Positions 27,202 through 36,901 of a DNA stretch of 64,000 bases are shown piece after piece. The notes below the pieces were generated by a model that was not told where the DNA came from, did not search any database, and saw nothing but the letters and a program-made list of their open reading frames with translations. A program made the position numbers and the translations under genes. The stretch is from Candidatus Bathyarchaeota archaeon (GTDB lineage: Archaea; Thermoproteota; Bathyarchaeia; Bathyarchaeales; Bathycorpusculaceae). The stretch spans positions 1,152,001 to 1,216,000 of the forward strand of contig OY970176.1 of the NCBI GenBank assembly GCA_963707955.1, in the 5' to 3' direction. Each line of letters opens with the position of its first letter. The stretch's first letter is position 1.

Positions 27202-29281
27202 ATGGATAATTACACTCTGATCATAGCCGAGAAGCCGGATGCTGCACAAAGAATCGCCTTGGCCCTCGACAAAAGGGAAAAGCCTAGGAAACTGTCGGAA
27301 AATGGCGTGCCCTACTACGTAGCTAAGCGTAACGGCAAGGAAATAGTCGTAGTTCCAGCTTTGGGTCATTTGTACACGATCGCTGCTGAGCGAAAGGGGA
27401 GAAACTACTACCCAGTTTTCAGTTTTAAATGGGTGCCGCGATACGTTGCCGACAGAAAAGCGACGCGGATTCGCAGCTTGGCTTCAGACCATCACGACAT
27501 TGGCAAAGAAAGCTGAAGCTTTTGTCGACGCTTGTGACTTCGACGTGGAAGGGTGCGTCATAGGATATTGCATACTTAAATATGCTTGCGGCGCCAAGGA
27601 GCATGAATCCAAACGCATGAAATTCTCCACTCTAACTAAGCAGGAACTCGAAAAAGCCTACGCTGAACCGTTACCGCAACTAGATTTCGGCCTGATAGAA
27701 GCCGGGCTTACGAGGCACGAAATCGATTGGCTGTGCGGTATAAACCTTTCAAGGGCCCTTACTGCGGCAACCAGAAAATGGAGCGGGAAATACGTAACAT
27801 TAAGCACGGGAAGAGTTCAGGGCCCAACTCTAAAGTTTCTAGTTGCAAGAGAAGAGGCCATCAGAAGCTTCGTGCCAACGCCATACTGGAAAATCAGAGC
27901 CCAAGTCGAAACGGACGGCCGAGTGTTTGAAGCGAGATACGTAAAGGAAAGAATTGAGAACAAGAAAGAAGCGGAGACCATAGCAAATTCCTGCAAAGAT
28001 AAGAAAGGACAGATTGAAAAAATCGGCATCAGAGAATTCAAGCATCCACCACCGTTTCCATTTGACCTGGGCACCCTGCAAAGTGAGGCTTACAGTCTGT
28101 TCGGCTTTGCGCCACGACGCACCTTGAACTTAGCACAACAGCTGTACCTGGACGCGCTGATCTCTTATCCAAGAACCGACAGTCAGAAGCTTCCATCGAC
28201 TATAGACTATGCAACCATAGTGAAAAACCTGGGAAAAGCCGAAGAATACTACAAGCTTACGTCAGAACTTCTCTTGAAGCAGACACTCAAACCTAACGAG
28301 GGATACAAGGAAGACCTAGCACACCCAGCCATCTATCCGACTGGAAACTTACCGCGGCGAGCTCTTGAAAACTCTAAAAGGAAAGTCTGGGATCTAGTCG
28401 TCCGAAGGTTCTTAGCAGTTTTCGGCGAACCCGCGGCAAAGCAGAACATGAAAGTCTACGTCAAGATCAACGGCCACCGCTTTCACTTCAGCGGAAGACG
28501 AATTTTGGCCCAGGGATGGATGCGCTACTACGAACCTTATGTCAAGTTTGATGAAGTGCTTCTACCGCCAACAAAAAAGGGACAGATTGTCAACGTCAAA
28601 AAAACACTTCTAGAAGAAGTGTTCAAAGAACCACCTCCACGGTACAATCCAAGCAGTCTGCTCAAGGATATGGAAGAAGCAAGAATTGGCACGAAAGCGA
28701 CCAGAGCCGACATAATGCAAACGCTCTATGACCGGAGATACATTGAAGGCGAAAGAATAACTGTGACCAGCCTAGGGTTCGAAGTTTTCGATGTCCTAGA
28801 AAAACATTGTCCACAAGTCGTTTCCACAGCTTTGACGAGAAGACTCGAAGAGAAGATGGACAGAATTCGAGAGAACAAAGAAAAAAGGGAAGATGCCTTG
28901 ACTGATGTCATCGGAATGCTTCACCCGTCGTTGGCAGCCTTCAAGGAAGAGGAGGAGGTCGTAGGAGAACAACTAAACGATGCTTTGGAAAGGTCAAAGC
29001 TAGAAGAAAGGATAATTGGCACTTGCCCGGTGTGCAAAACTGGAAAACTCGTTATAAACTACTCAAGGAAAACTGGAAAACGTTTCGTCGGCTGCACAAG
29101 CTATTTTAAAGGGCTGTGCAAAACCTGTTTCCCGCTACCACAGAGAGGCAAAGTAGGGTCAACTGGGAAAAACTGCCCTGCATGCGGTTGGCCAACTGTT
29201 GAAGTCTCCATGAAGAGACACCCATGGGTTTTGTGTTTCAACCTTGAATGTCCGTCAAAAACAGGAAATGAAAAAAGTTGA
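27202..29281 (+). CDS. topA: Type IA DNA topoisomerase (Topo I/III), split by a +1 frameshift near 27478
   Basis: IAEKP and GHLY in 27202..27516; ACDFDVEG, STGRVQGP, ISYPRTDS, GTKATR and C-terminal Zn fingers in 27446..29281; removing one T joins them. Confidence 0.92.
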
Positions 29282-29511
29282 AATGTGCAATATGCAACAG
29301 AAAATCGCACACAGGCAAGTATTGTAGGTCGCACGAGAAAGCCTGCGAAAACATCTTTAGAAGTTATGAGCAGTGGAGAAAGGCATTAGAGATTTCTTGG
29401 AAAGAGTATTTAAGTCAGATTGCCAACAATCCATTAACAGGAGAATGGACGAAAGAAGTCGTCCAACATCTGTTGAAAAGTGGAGAGCAGGCAAATGTCA
29501 AGGACGGTTAA
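29278..29511 (+). CDS. Small conserved-looking Zn-binding protein
   Basis: CAIC..YCRSH, YEQWRKA, TGEW; overlaps the topA stop codon. Confidence 0.7.
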   Translation: MKCAICNRKSHTGKYCRSHEKACENIFRSYEQWRKALEISWKEYLSQIANNPLTGEWTKEVVQHLLKSGEQANVKDG

Positions 29512-29926
29512 GAAAAGCATCTCGTCGTTGTCATTTTCACTAAACAAACTTTATAGGATGATCTCAACGACAAAACCATCAGATCTCTTAATTCCACTAC
29601 TCTCGATAGCTTTTGCCGTATTCTGTTTCGGAGGCGGGCTGTACGACTGGATAGTGAAACCGCTTCCAGCCGTCTATTACAGTGGGCGATTCCTGTTTCT
29701 CTACCCGTCGCTTTCCGACCAGTTCATAGGCGACACCGTTGTTGCCATAACTTGCTACGCCCTTGGAATTATCGGCTTGCTGGCAGTATATCAGAGCACC
29801 AAGTACGTGTACAAGCCAAGACAAGCCTACATGATGCTGATCATAGGAATCGTTCTCGTGCTGTTGGCATACATACTTCTCCAAGCCTCACTACAGTTTA
29901 AGTTGAGCGGAGGAGCAAGTTATTAA
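29495..29926 (+). CDS. OSTC/DC2 (OST3/OST6 TM-domain-like) oligosaccharyltransferase accessory subunit homolog
   Basis: FGGGLYDWIVKP...FLYPSLSDQFIGD followed by TM helices; resembles OSTC GGIIYDVIVEP...QYIME (from memory). Confidence 0.65.
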   Translation: MSRTVKKSISSLSFSLNKLYRMISTTKPSDLLIPLLSIAFAVFCFGGGLYDWIVKPLPAVYYSGRFLFLYPSLSDQFIGDTVVAITCYALGIIGLLAVYQSTKYVYKPRQAYMMLIIGIVLVLLAYILLQASLQFKLSGGASY

Positions 29927-29946
29927 AGAGAGTACATCGCCAACCA

Positions 29947-30444
29947 CTACCAAGGATTGCTTTTTAGCCTCAACTTGTACGCAAAGAAGTTTGTTAACAG
30001 ATGAACTGGAGGAGTAATTATTAGAACTGTAACAAACAGCTGCCAACTCCACGGCATATAAAGAGGAAGCGAGAAAAGAATCGCACCCATTATGAAGTCC
30101 AGTTGATCTACAACTGGCAACAATCCGCCTGGAGGAATGGCAAGTCTCCGTTTTACAAAGGCTCCAGCCAAGTCTCCCAACAGAGCGCCCAAAGACAGCA
30201 GTAAACCAAACATGATATGATAATTGAAGACCAGACTCTCTGCCAAACCTGCTACCGTTCCGACAGCCAGCCCGGCAAAAAAACCTCGAAAAGTCTTGTT
30301 TTTCCCGAACACGGGCCTTCCATCAGAAAGCTTTTTCCCAAAATCCATAGCTGGCCCACCACCAGCAAGAACAGGAACGGCGTTCGCACAATACGCAGGA
30401 AATATAAACTCTAACGCTCGAGAGACTATCTGAACTAAGTCCAT
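29947..30444 (-). CDS. carS: CDP-archaeol synthase
   Basis: PAYCANAVP, DFGK...DGR..G.NKT.RG, GDL.GAF.KRR, P.VDQLDF, H...N..AY...LK..PW. Confidence 0.93.
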   Translation of the reverse strand: MDLVQIVSRALEFIFPAYCANAVPVLAGGGPAMDFGKKLSDGRPVFGKNKTFRGFFAGLAVGTVAGLAESLVFNYHIMFGLLLSLGALLGDLAGAFVKRRLAIPPGGLLPVVDQLDFIMGAILFSLPLYMPWSWQLFVTVLIITPPVHLLTNFFAYKLRLKSNPW

Positions 30445-30474
30445 TCTACATACTCCCGTTTATTAAAGCTGATA

Positions 30475-31170
30475 CTAGTGTATTCCACGTTCTTCAATTC
30501 TTAAGCTGCAAGTCATTGGAGGAAGGTTTGCCGGGTTCTTTTCCACCGTTGCCTCGATTGCTTGAGGATTTTCAGTGAGCTTCATAGCAATAACCGTGTC
30601 AGCCCAGAACTTTAGGACTCTCGTAGCAACAGGCGCGATGCTCACAGGAACTTCATCCAGAACGCTGTGAACCTGACTGGTCAGCAAAACCACAATTCTC
30701 TGGGTCCTAGCAGCCTGTGCTAGGCTTGCCAACTGTCTGTTCAGTTCTCGGTTAAGCTCAAACGTTTTTGGCGGAGACTCTGCAATCCTAAGGCGATACA
30801 GTGACGTTATTGTGTCGAAGACGACGAGCTTGAAATTCTGGTTTACATAATCAGTCAACTGATCTACGACGGTAGTTTGCTCACGAAAATCATTCGGTCT
30901 GGCTAGAATTATCAGTTCCGGAACTTTGGACTTTTCAGGAACGATTTGAGAAAGCCTTTGAGCTGAAAATGTTCTGTCAGAATCCACGAAGAGCGTTTTG
31001 TAGCCTTGCTTCCCGCAGCTTGTGGCACACTGCATGGCTAGTGTTGTTTTTCCAGTTTCAGCCTCGCCGTAGATGAGGGCAACAGTGTCAACTGGGAAAC
31101 CCCCTTTCAGGAACTCGTCAATTGGTCTGCAATTTGTTGGAATTTCTTTAAGCAAGTCCGTGCACGTCAA
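30475..31170 (-). CDS. radB: RadB-like RecA-family ATPase
   Basis: IPTNC..ID.FL.GG, Walker A GEAETGKT, FS..RL.QI, VFDTITSLYR, TSQV; short, with no RadA N-terminal domain. Confidence 0.78.
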   Translation of the reverse strand: MTCTDLLKEIPTNCRPIDEFLKGGFPVDTVALIYGEAETGKTTLAMQCATSCGKQGYKTLFVDSDRTFSAQRLSQIVPEKSKVPELIILARPNDFREQTTVVDQLTDYVNQNFKLVVFDTITSLYRLRIAESPPKTFELNRELNRQLASLAQAARTQRIVVLLTSQVHSVLDEVPVSIAPVATRVLKFWADTVIAMKLTENPQAIEATVEKNPANLPPMTCSLRIEERGIH

Positions 31171-31236
31171 CAGATATAAACGGCCGAACTATAATGTGTT
31201 TTTGTGTTCAAAAGTCCCGAGCGTCTTGATAGTTGT

Positions 31237-31890
31237 ATGAAAGCGAAGATAGCGGTTGCAACAGTTTCAGGGAAAGCCTACTTTCTTATCGTAAGCGAGC
31301 TTAAGAGAAGGAATGTTCCTTTTCTAAGCTTAACTCCATGTGAACCTGTTCCAATAGAGATCAAAGTTGTCATAACCACCGAAGAGGAAAAAGAATTGAT
31401 AAACCATGAAGAAGTACTGGCCTACAAGAATGGAATGGAAACAGAAGCCTTCATAAACGAAGCCTTGCAAATTGTTCAGGGAAAGGGATCGTTTGAAAAA
31501 GTGACCATAGGTGTCGACCCAGGTGAGGTTTTTGGACTGGCAGTTCTAGCAGGCGGCAGAGTGGTTGAAACAGGAAACTGTTACAGCCTAGAAGAGACTC
31601 TGCACAAAATAGAGACGATAATCAAGGGTCTTGAGAACACTCCAGTCTCAACGATTTCAGTAAAGGTCGGCGATGGAGTTCCTGCGTGCAAAGAAAGACT
31701 CTTGCGAGACTTGGACAACGCACTGCCACCCAACGTGGTATTAGAAAGCGTGAGAGAAGCTGGTACAAACCGTCGGCTGAACGAAGCGAAACACAGAAGA
31801 GGGTTAAGAGATATTGTTTCGGCGATTCAGATAGCAGGGAGAAGCGGACATTCGTTTCAAAGGAGGAAGCCATGTGAATCGCACGGTTGA
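31237..31890 (+). CDS. Hypothetical protein with RNase H-like (IGVDPG) domain
   Basis: VATVSGKAYF N-terminus, IGVDPG..FGLAV, VGDG, E.GT, DI.SA..IA; overlaps the clp1 start. Confidence 0.7.
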   Translation: MKAKIAVATVSGKAYFLIVSELKRRNVPFLSLTPCEPVPIEIKVVITTEEEKELINHEEVLAYKNGMETEAFINEALQIVQGKGSFEKVTIGVDPGEVFGLAVLAGGRVVETGNCYSLEETLHKIETIIKGLENTPVSTISVKVGDGVPACKERLLRDLDNALPPNVVLESVREAGTNRRLNEAKHRRGLRDIVSAIQIAGRSGHSFQRRKPCESHG

Positions 31891-33190
31891 AAATGGCAAG
31901 ACTCTTCTAGTTGATGGCCCGGCCTCGGTCACTCTGAATTCAGGCAAAGTGGAAGTTTTCGGGTCAGCGATAAGTGAAAAAGGTAAAGTTGTTATACGTG
32001 AAGGCAAAAGGCTACCTTTTGCAGTTCAGGAAAGGGCTGTTCTCGACATTTCATTGGGAGAAAACGCAGCCGTCGAAGAAGTTGATGGCAACACTATCCC
32101 CCCCTCCTGGATTGAATCAGCTCAGGAGCTTCTGGACCTGCAAACCAGACCTGTAACGGCGATGATCTTAGGGAATGCGGACTCTGGAAAAACAGGTTTT
32201 TGTACGTACCTAATCAACAAAGTCTTAGGTGAAAAACGTAAAGTCGCAGTTTTGGACGGAGACCTGGGTCAGTCAGACGTTGGGCCACCGTCAACCGTCG
32301 CCTACGCTTTTGTGACCAAGGCAGTAACCGACCTCTTCAACCTTCAAGCAAAAAACGCGTTCTTCATTGGCGAAACGTCACCAGGCAACGCTGTAGACAA
32401 GATGATCGAAGGTCTTTCCTTGCTGAAGAAAGAGATCATGGCTACCAATCCTGAGTTTTTGGTCATAAACACTGACGGCTGGGTCGAAGGAGAATGCGCC
32501 GTTGCGTACAAACTCAACCTTGCTGAGGAACTTAAGCCTGAAGTGACTTTTTGCATCCGCCAAAGAGATGAACTAGCACCCCTCCTGACCGCTCTCGAAA
32601 AATTCAAGAAAGTCACTGTTGAATCTCCTGCCGCAATAAGGCCCAGAGACAGCGAAAGACGCAAGACCCTTCGTGAACTCGGATACAAAAAATACCTGAG
32701 AAACCCAAGAGTTCAGTCACTTTCGTTGAGCTGGCTGAAAGTTGAGGGAAACGATTCTTTTGGCTTGACCAAGCCTCACATGAACGGTAGGGAAGCAAGA
32801 AGAATATGCGATCTCCTCGGAATGAAGCCCCTGCAACTATCAGAACTAAGTGACAGAATCAGCATAGTCATCGGCAGAAGACGCTGGATCAGCTCGGACA
32901 ACATAAAGAAGGTTGAGCAGGCAACCAAAAAGAGGGTTGTGGTGACGAGAAAAGGCGAAGAAGAAAGGTTGCTTGCAGCTTTGTATGATGGCCAGAGAAG
33001 TTTTCTCGGCATCGGCATCTTGCAGGAAGTTGACTACCTTAGGAGGACCTTGAAAGTTATCACGCCTGTGTCTGAAGAAGCGTCAATCCTTGCCTTGGGA
33101 AAGGTGAAGCTTGACAAGAACATGAAAGAGATTTCCCTGACTGCTGAAGAAAACAACTTGGACTTTGCGTCTTTCAAGAAACTTTTTTGA
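31874..33190 (+). CDS. Clp1/Grc3/NOL9-family polynucleotide 5'-kinase
   Basis: GPAS, Walker A GNADSGKT, DGDLGQSDVGPP, INTDGWV, clasp R..R...RE..Y. Confidence 0.9.
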   Translation: MNRTVENGKTLLVDGPASVTLNSGKVEVFGSAISEKGKVVIREGKRLPFAVQERAVLDISLGENAAVEEVDGNTIPPSWIESAQELLDLQTRPVTAMILGNADSGKTGFCTYLINKVLGEKRKVAVLDGDLGQSDVGPPSTVAYAFVTKAVTDLFNLQAKNAFFIGETSPGNAVDKMIEGLSLLKKEIMATNPEFLVINTDGWVEGECAVAYKLNLAEELKPEVTFCIRQRDELAPLLTALEKFKKVTVESPAAIRPRDSERRKTLRELGYKKYLRNPRVQSLSLSWLKVEGNDSFGLTKPHMNGREARRICDLLGMKPLQLSELSDRISIVIGRRRWISSDNIKKVEQATKKRVVVTRKGEEERLLAALYDGQRSFLGIGILQEVDYLRRTLKVITPVSEEASILALGKVKLDKNMKEISLTAEENNLDFASFKKLF

Positions 33191-33478
33191 AATAATGGAT
33201 GGCCAGAACGTTCTGAAGCCGTTGAGAACTGAATTCTTCCTCGACAGGTATGGCCTTTTGACCAAAGCCCGCGCTATTACGTCTGGATCGAATTTCGCTC
33301 GCTGAGTCTGGGGTGCGGGTGATTTTTGGACCGTTTTGGGGCTAGCCGACATCATGCGTTACGATGGCACGCGCGTTCTCGCGGATAAGAGGAGCGAGCT
33401 GTATTCCAAATTGGGCCCTCGTTGTTTTGTCGATGGTTCTGCTCCGAATAAAGAACGCGCGCCCACAACAGTCTTGTT

Positions 33479-34141
33479 CTAGCTTAATAGATGTCTCGAT
33501 GGGCAAAGTCTGGCTAAAGGGCATTCCTTGCACAGCGGGGTTTTTGCTTTGCAGTATTTTCTGCCGTGTGAGATTAGCAATATGTGAACAGCGAGATAGT
33601 CTTTCGGATCATAGATCAATTGAAGAGTTCTACGTACAGTTTCGTAGTCTGCCTCTTTAGCGACTAGGCCCAGCCGTTTCGATACTCTGTTAACGTGTGT
33701 ATCAACGGGTATCGTTGGTTTTTTGGCGCTGAACAGCAATAACACGTCTGCTGTTTTGGGTCCGACGCCGGGAAGTTGTAACAGCTCTTCTCTTGCCTCA
33801 TCGAGAGGCTTCGAAAGGATTTCTGCTAGGTTGCCGTTGTATTTCTTGAGTATTATCCTTGAGACTTGTTGTATCGCTCGAGCTTTGTTGTGGTACAGGC
33901 CAGCAACTTTCAAGCAGTTTTCGATCTGTTTGATTTCAGTCTCTGCGAGGGTTTCGGGAGTTATTCGGAACTTGTTCGAGAGGTTTTCGAAGGCTCTTGC
34001 TGTGTTCTTGTCGTTGGTGTTTTGTGAAATGATCGTTGCAATCAACGTTGCGAATGAGTCGCGAGTCGCGGTCGTCCATGTTGCCATCGCAAACGCGGTG
34101 CGAAGTATTCTGAGGATTGTTTCGGCACGACGGTCAGCCAT
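33479..34141 (-). CDS. nth: Endonuclease III
   Basis: LIATIISQNT, HhH LPGVGPKTAD, VDTHVNRV, FeS motif CKAKTPLCKECPLARLC; start ATG 34141. Confidence 0.93.
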   Translation of the reverse strand: MADRRAETILRILRTAFAMATWTTATRDSFATLIATIISQNTNDKNTARAFENLSNKFRITPETLAETEIKQIENCLKVAGLYHNKARAIQQVSRIILKKYNGNLAEILSKPLDEAREELLQLPGVGPKTADVLLLFSAKKPTIPVDTHVNRVSKRLGLVAKEADYETVRRTLQLIYDPKDYLAVHILLISHGRKYCKAKTPLCKECPLARLCPSRHLLS

Positions 34142-34214
34142 TACGGAGCCTCGTGTTTTGAAAGTAATAAATAGTGAGTGCTTAGAGCTACTAATAAACA
34201 ATGGAGAGGGAAGG

Positions 34215-34586
34215 TTGGAGCGGGCAAGAGTCTTTAAGGACGAAATAACTGAGCAGAGCACGCGTTTTCTTGCGGTCTATGTGGAAGCGAAGAATTCATG
34301 TTTGGTAATGCTGAGCGAGAGGGAAGACAAGCTTGGGACGCTTGCAATCGCTGTTCCAAGACCGAAGGATCTGCTCGGCCCCCCATCGTCATCAGTTCTC
34401 CTCGGGGACAAGAACGCGATTTCAGCCCGCATGTTTGCAGAATACTTGGCTGCAAGAAAGGAGAAGATAGCGTTGGTCTCGGTTTATCTTGAAACGATGG
34501 ATGAGACGCAGGCGCAATCAGTCTTCAAACGCTTGATAGAGAGGGTTGTCCAAGAGCAGCCGCAGAAGGAGGCGTCTGGCGCATGA
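34215..34586 (+). CDS. Small protein, possibly proteasome assembly chaperone (PAC4)-like
   Basis: C-terminal part of track ORF 33723..34586 (the rest is antisense to nth); NSCLVMLSE..KLGTLAIAVP...SS.LLG...ARMFAE.LA...ALVSV. Confidence 0.55.
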   Translation: MERARVFKDEITEQSTRFLAVYVEAKNSCLVMLSEREDKLGTLAIAVPRPKDLLGPPSSSVLLGDKNAISARMFAEYLAARKEKIALVSVYLETMDETQAQSVFKRLIERVVQEQPQKEASGA

Positions 34587-35929
34587 GCCTCAGAGAATTT
34601 CTTAAACAAATGGAAAAAGAAAGAGAAGTTTTGCACGTAAAGGATGAAGTTTCCTCACGCTTTGAAATGGCGTACGTAATGAAGAGCTTTGACAATGAAG
34701 GCCCAATTCTGCTTTTTGAGTACGTGAAGAATCATGCGACGAAGGTTGTTGCTAACGTCTCTGGGACTAGAGGGAGAATTTACAGAGCGCTCAATGTTGG
34801 CCATGATGAGCTTTATGGAAGACTGACAGCTGCTTGGCGCTTGCCAAGTAAACCCAACGCAGTCAACAATGCCGCGGTTAAAGAGTGTAAAGAGAAAGAT
34901 GTTGACTTATCGAGGATTCCTGTTCTTTCTCACTTTGAGAAGGACGCGGGGCCTTACATCACTTCGGCAGTTGTGCATGCTAGAAGCCTCGACGGAGAGG
35001 TTGAGAACGTGTCAGTACATCGCCTTCAGGTTTTGGACAGAGAGCACTTGGCTATTCGTTTGGTGCCTCGGCATCTCTTCAAATTGTGGCGAATGGCAAA
35101 AGAGGCTGGAAAAGACCTTGACGTAGCGATCTCTGTAGGCGTTCACCCGGCAGTCTTGCTGGCAGCTTCTTGTCCTCTGCCCTTCGGCGTGAGCGAGTAT
35201 GGCGTTGCAAACGCCCTGTTGGACAACAACCTCAAGCTGACTGAGTGTGAGCACGTGAATGCTTGTTCCCCAACTGAGGCTGAACTTGTCTTGGAAGGAA
35301 AAATCTCGGCGACGAAGGAGGTTGCTGAGGGCCCGTTTGTCGATGTCACTGGAACTTATGATGTGCAGAGAAAACAGCCGGTTGTAGACATCGTAGGTCT
35401 TACGCATAGACGGGAATATGTCTATCATGCGCTTCTCTCGTCTGGAGCTGAGCACAGGCTCCTGATGGGGTTGCCTCACGAAGTGCTGATCTGGGAAGCA
35501 GTTTCGAAGGTTGTACCGAGGGTTTGTGCAGTAAACCTGTCAGCCGGTGGAAGTGGGTGGCTTCACGCCGTGATCTCTGTTGAGAAACAACTTGAAGGTG
35601 ATGGGAAGAACGCTTTGTTGGCGGCCTTTGCGGCGCATCCGAGTTTGAAGCATGCGGTAGTCGTGGATTCTGACATTGACGTGTGTGACGTTTCAGACGT
35701 GGAGTGGGCTGTTGCGACGCGTTTTCAAGGAAGTGAAGACTTGATCATGATGGAAAACGTGCGCGGTTCAAGTTTGGATCCTTCAGCGGATCAGGAGAGG
35801 GTCTTGACTGCGAAAGTGGGCTTTGACGCCACTAGACCTTTGGGGAAGCCGAGAGAGAAGTTTGAAAAAGCGAGGATTCCGGCTGGGGATAATGCTGAAA
35901 AGATCGTTCGCGGGTTGCGTAGAGCATGA
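34583..35929 (+). CDS. ubiD: UbiD-family decarboxylase (prFMN-dependent; plausibly anhydromevalonate-phosphate decarboxylase)
   Basis: MSLREFL, DAGPYITS, NVSVHR, RLVPRHL, EGPFVD.TGTYD, VVDSDID, GSSLDPS. Confidence 0.9.
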   Translation: MSLREFLKQMEKEREVLHVKDEVSSRFEMAYVMKSFDNEGPILLFEYVKNHATKVVANVSGTRGRIYRALNVGHDELYGRLTAAWRLPSKPNAVNNAAVKECKEKDVDLSRIPVLSHFEKDAGPYITSAVVHARSLDGEVENVSVHRLQVLDREHLAIRLVPRHLFKLWRMAKEAGKDLDVAISVGVHPAVLLAASCPLPFGVSEYGVANALLDNNLKLTECEHVNACSPTEAELVLEGKISATKEVAEGPFVDVTGTYDVQRKQPVVDIVGLTHRREYVYHALLSSGAEHRLLMGLPHEVLIWEAVSKVVPRVCAVNLSAGGSGWLHAVISVEKQLEGDGKNALLAAFAAHPSLKHAVVVDSDIDVCDVSDVEWAVATRFQGSEDLIMMENVRGSSLDPSADQERVLTAKVGFDATRPLGKPREKFEKARIPAGDNAEKIVRGLRRA

Positions 35930-36433
35930 GTGGAGGTGATTTGTTTGGCGGGAGAGAAAAGGAGGGAAGGAGACGTGTCTCTTAGAGTTGAGGACGTCAT
36001 GGTGAAGGAGGTCATCACCATAGACGAAGACTTTACTGTGAAAGAGGCTGCCGAAATCATGAACAAGTTTGAGATCGGTTGCCTGATCGGCGTAAAAAGA
36101 GGAAAGGCCAACGGAATACTGACTGAACGAGACGTGCTGAAAAGGGTGGTTGCAGAAGGAAAAGATGCGAGTAAGACTAAGGTCAGAGATGCTATGACGA
36201 GTCCTCTGGTTATCGCTGAGCCGGGCATGGACCTCGCGGAAGCGGTGAAGCTGATGTTTCAGATGAAAATCAAGAAACTGCCTGTGGTTGATGGAAAACG
36301 CCTCGTAGGCTTGGTGAGTCTAACGGATATAGCTCGTTTTCAGCCTCAGATGATCACTATACTGAAGCAGCTTGCAGCGAGACAGACACCACCGAAAAGC
36401 ATGCAGAAAGTCATCGACCGCTACGTTGTCTAG
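35930..36433 (+). CDS. CBS domain pair protein
   Basis: VEDVM...V, GILTERD, V.DAMT.P, IKKLPVVD..LVGLVS.TDI; true start likely TTG 35945 or GTG 35975. Confidence 0.9.
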   Translation: MEVICLAGEKRREGDVSLRVEDVMVKEVITIDEDFTVKEAAEIMNKFEIGCLIGVKRGKANGILTERDVLKRVVAEGKDASKTKVRDAMTSPLVIAEPGMDLAEAVKLMFQMKIKKLPVVDGKRLVGLVSLTDIARFQPQMITILKQLAARQTPPKSMQKVIDRYVV

Positions 36434-36901
36434 ACAAACGCGCATGGTCCCTGTTCCGATCCTAAGCGAACATGACTGTTCGGAAATTTCCTAGCACGCG
36501 CTAGGCATGAGCGCTACATCCCTGTATTCGCGTTTTCACCTCGTCTATTCCACCCTCCCCCTCCCCCCTAGGGTACTAGTACTGCACGTAGGCGTTGGCG
36601 AGGGCCCTAGTGGATTTGCATGGGCTTGAGGACGAGTGCGCACCGAGCGCTCGGCGTAGAGTCTGCGCAAGGGTAGTAACTTTTCAATGCACTGTCTTGA
36701 AGTAGCCTTCTGTTTTCGCATTCCCGCTGAGACCTTGCCAAGACGCGCGTCACTGCCGCCTGAAGTGTGAGGCTTCCCGCGCAGGTTTTTGACAAGAGCC
36801 TTTATCGTCGATAATTTACGGCTTGGGCGGAAAACTGCCTGAACCTTTCAGGTTTCTTTCTGAAAGAAGTTTAAATGCGCAGTTTTCACTTTATAGTTTG
36901 G

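Noticed and set aside
33083-33355. ABC ATPase remnant (IARALVKRP)
   Set aside because: Single short motif, no Walker B, and it overlaps clp1 antisense.
33723-34214. N-terminal part of the 287-aa plus-strand ORF
   Set aside because: Antisense shadow of nth.
36690-36790. RNase P RNA (AACAGAAGG on the minus strand)
   Set aside because: No 5' GAGGAAAGUCC-like element and no P4 complementarity.
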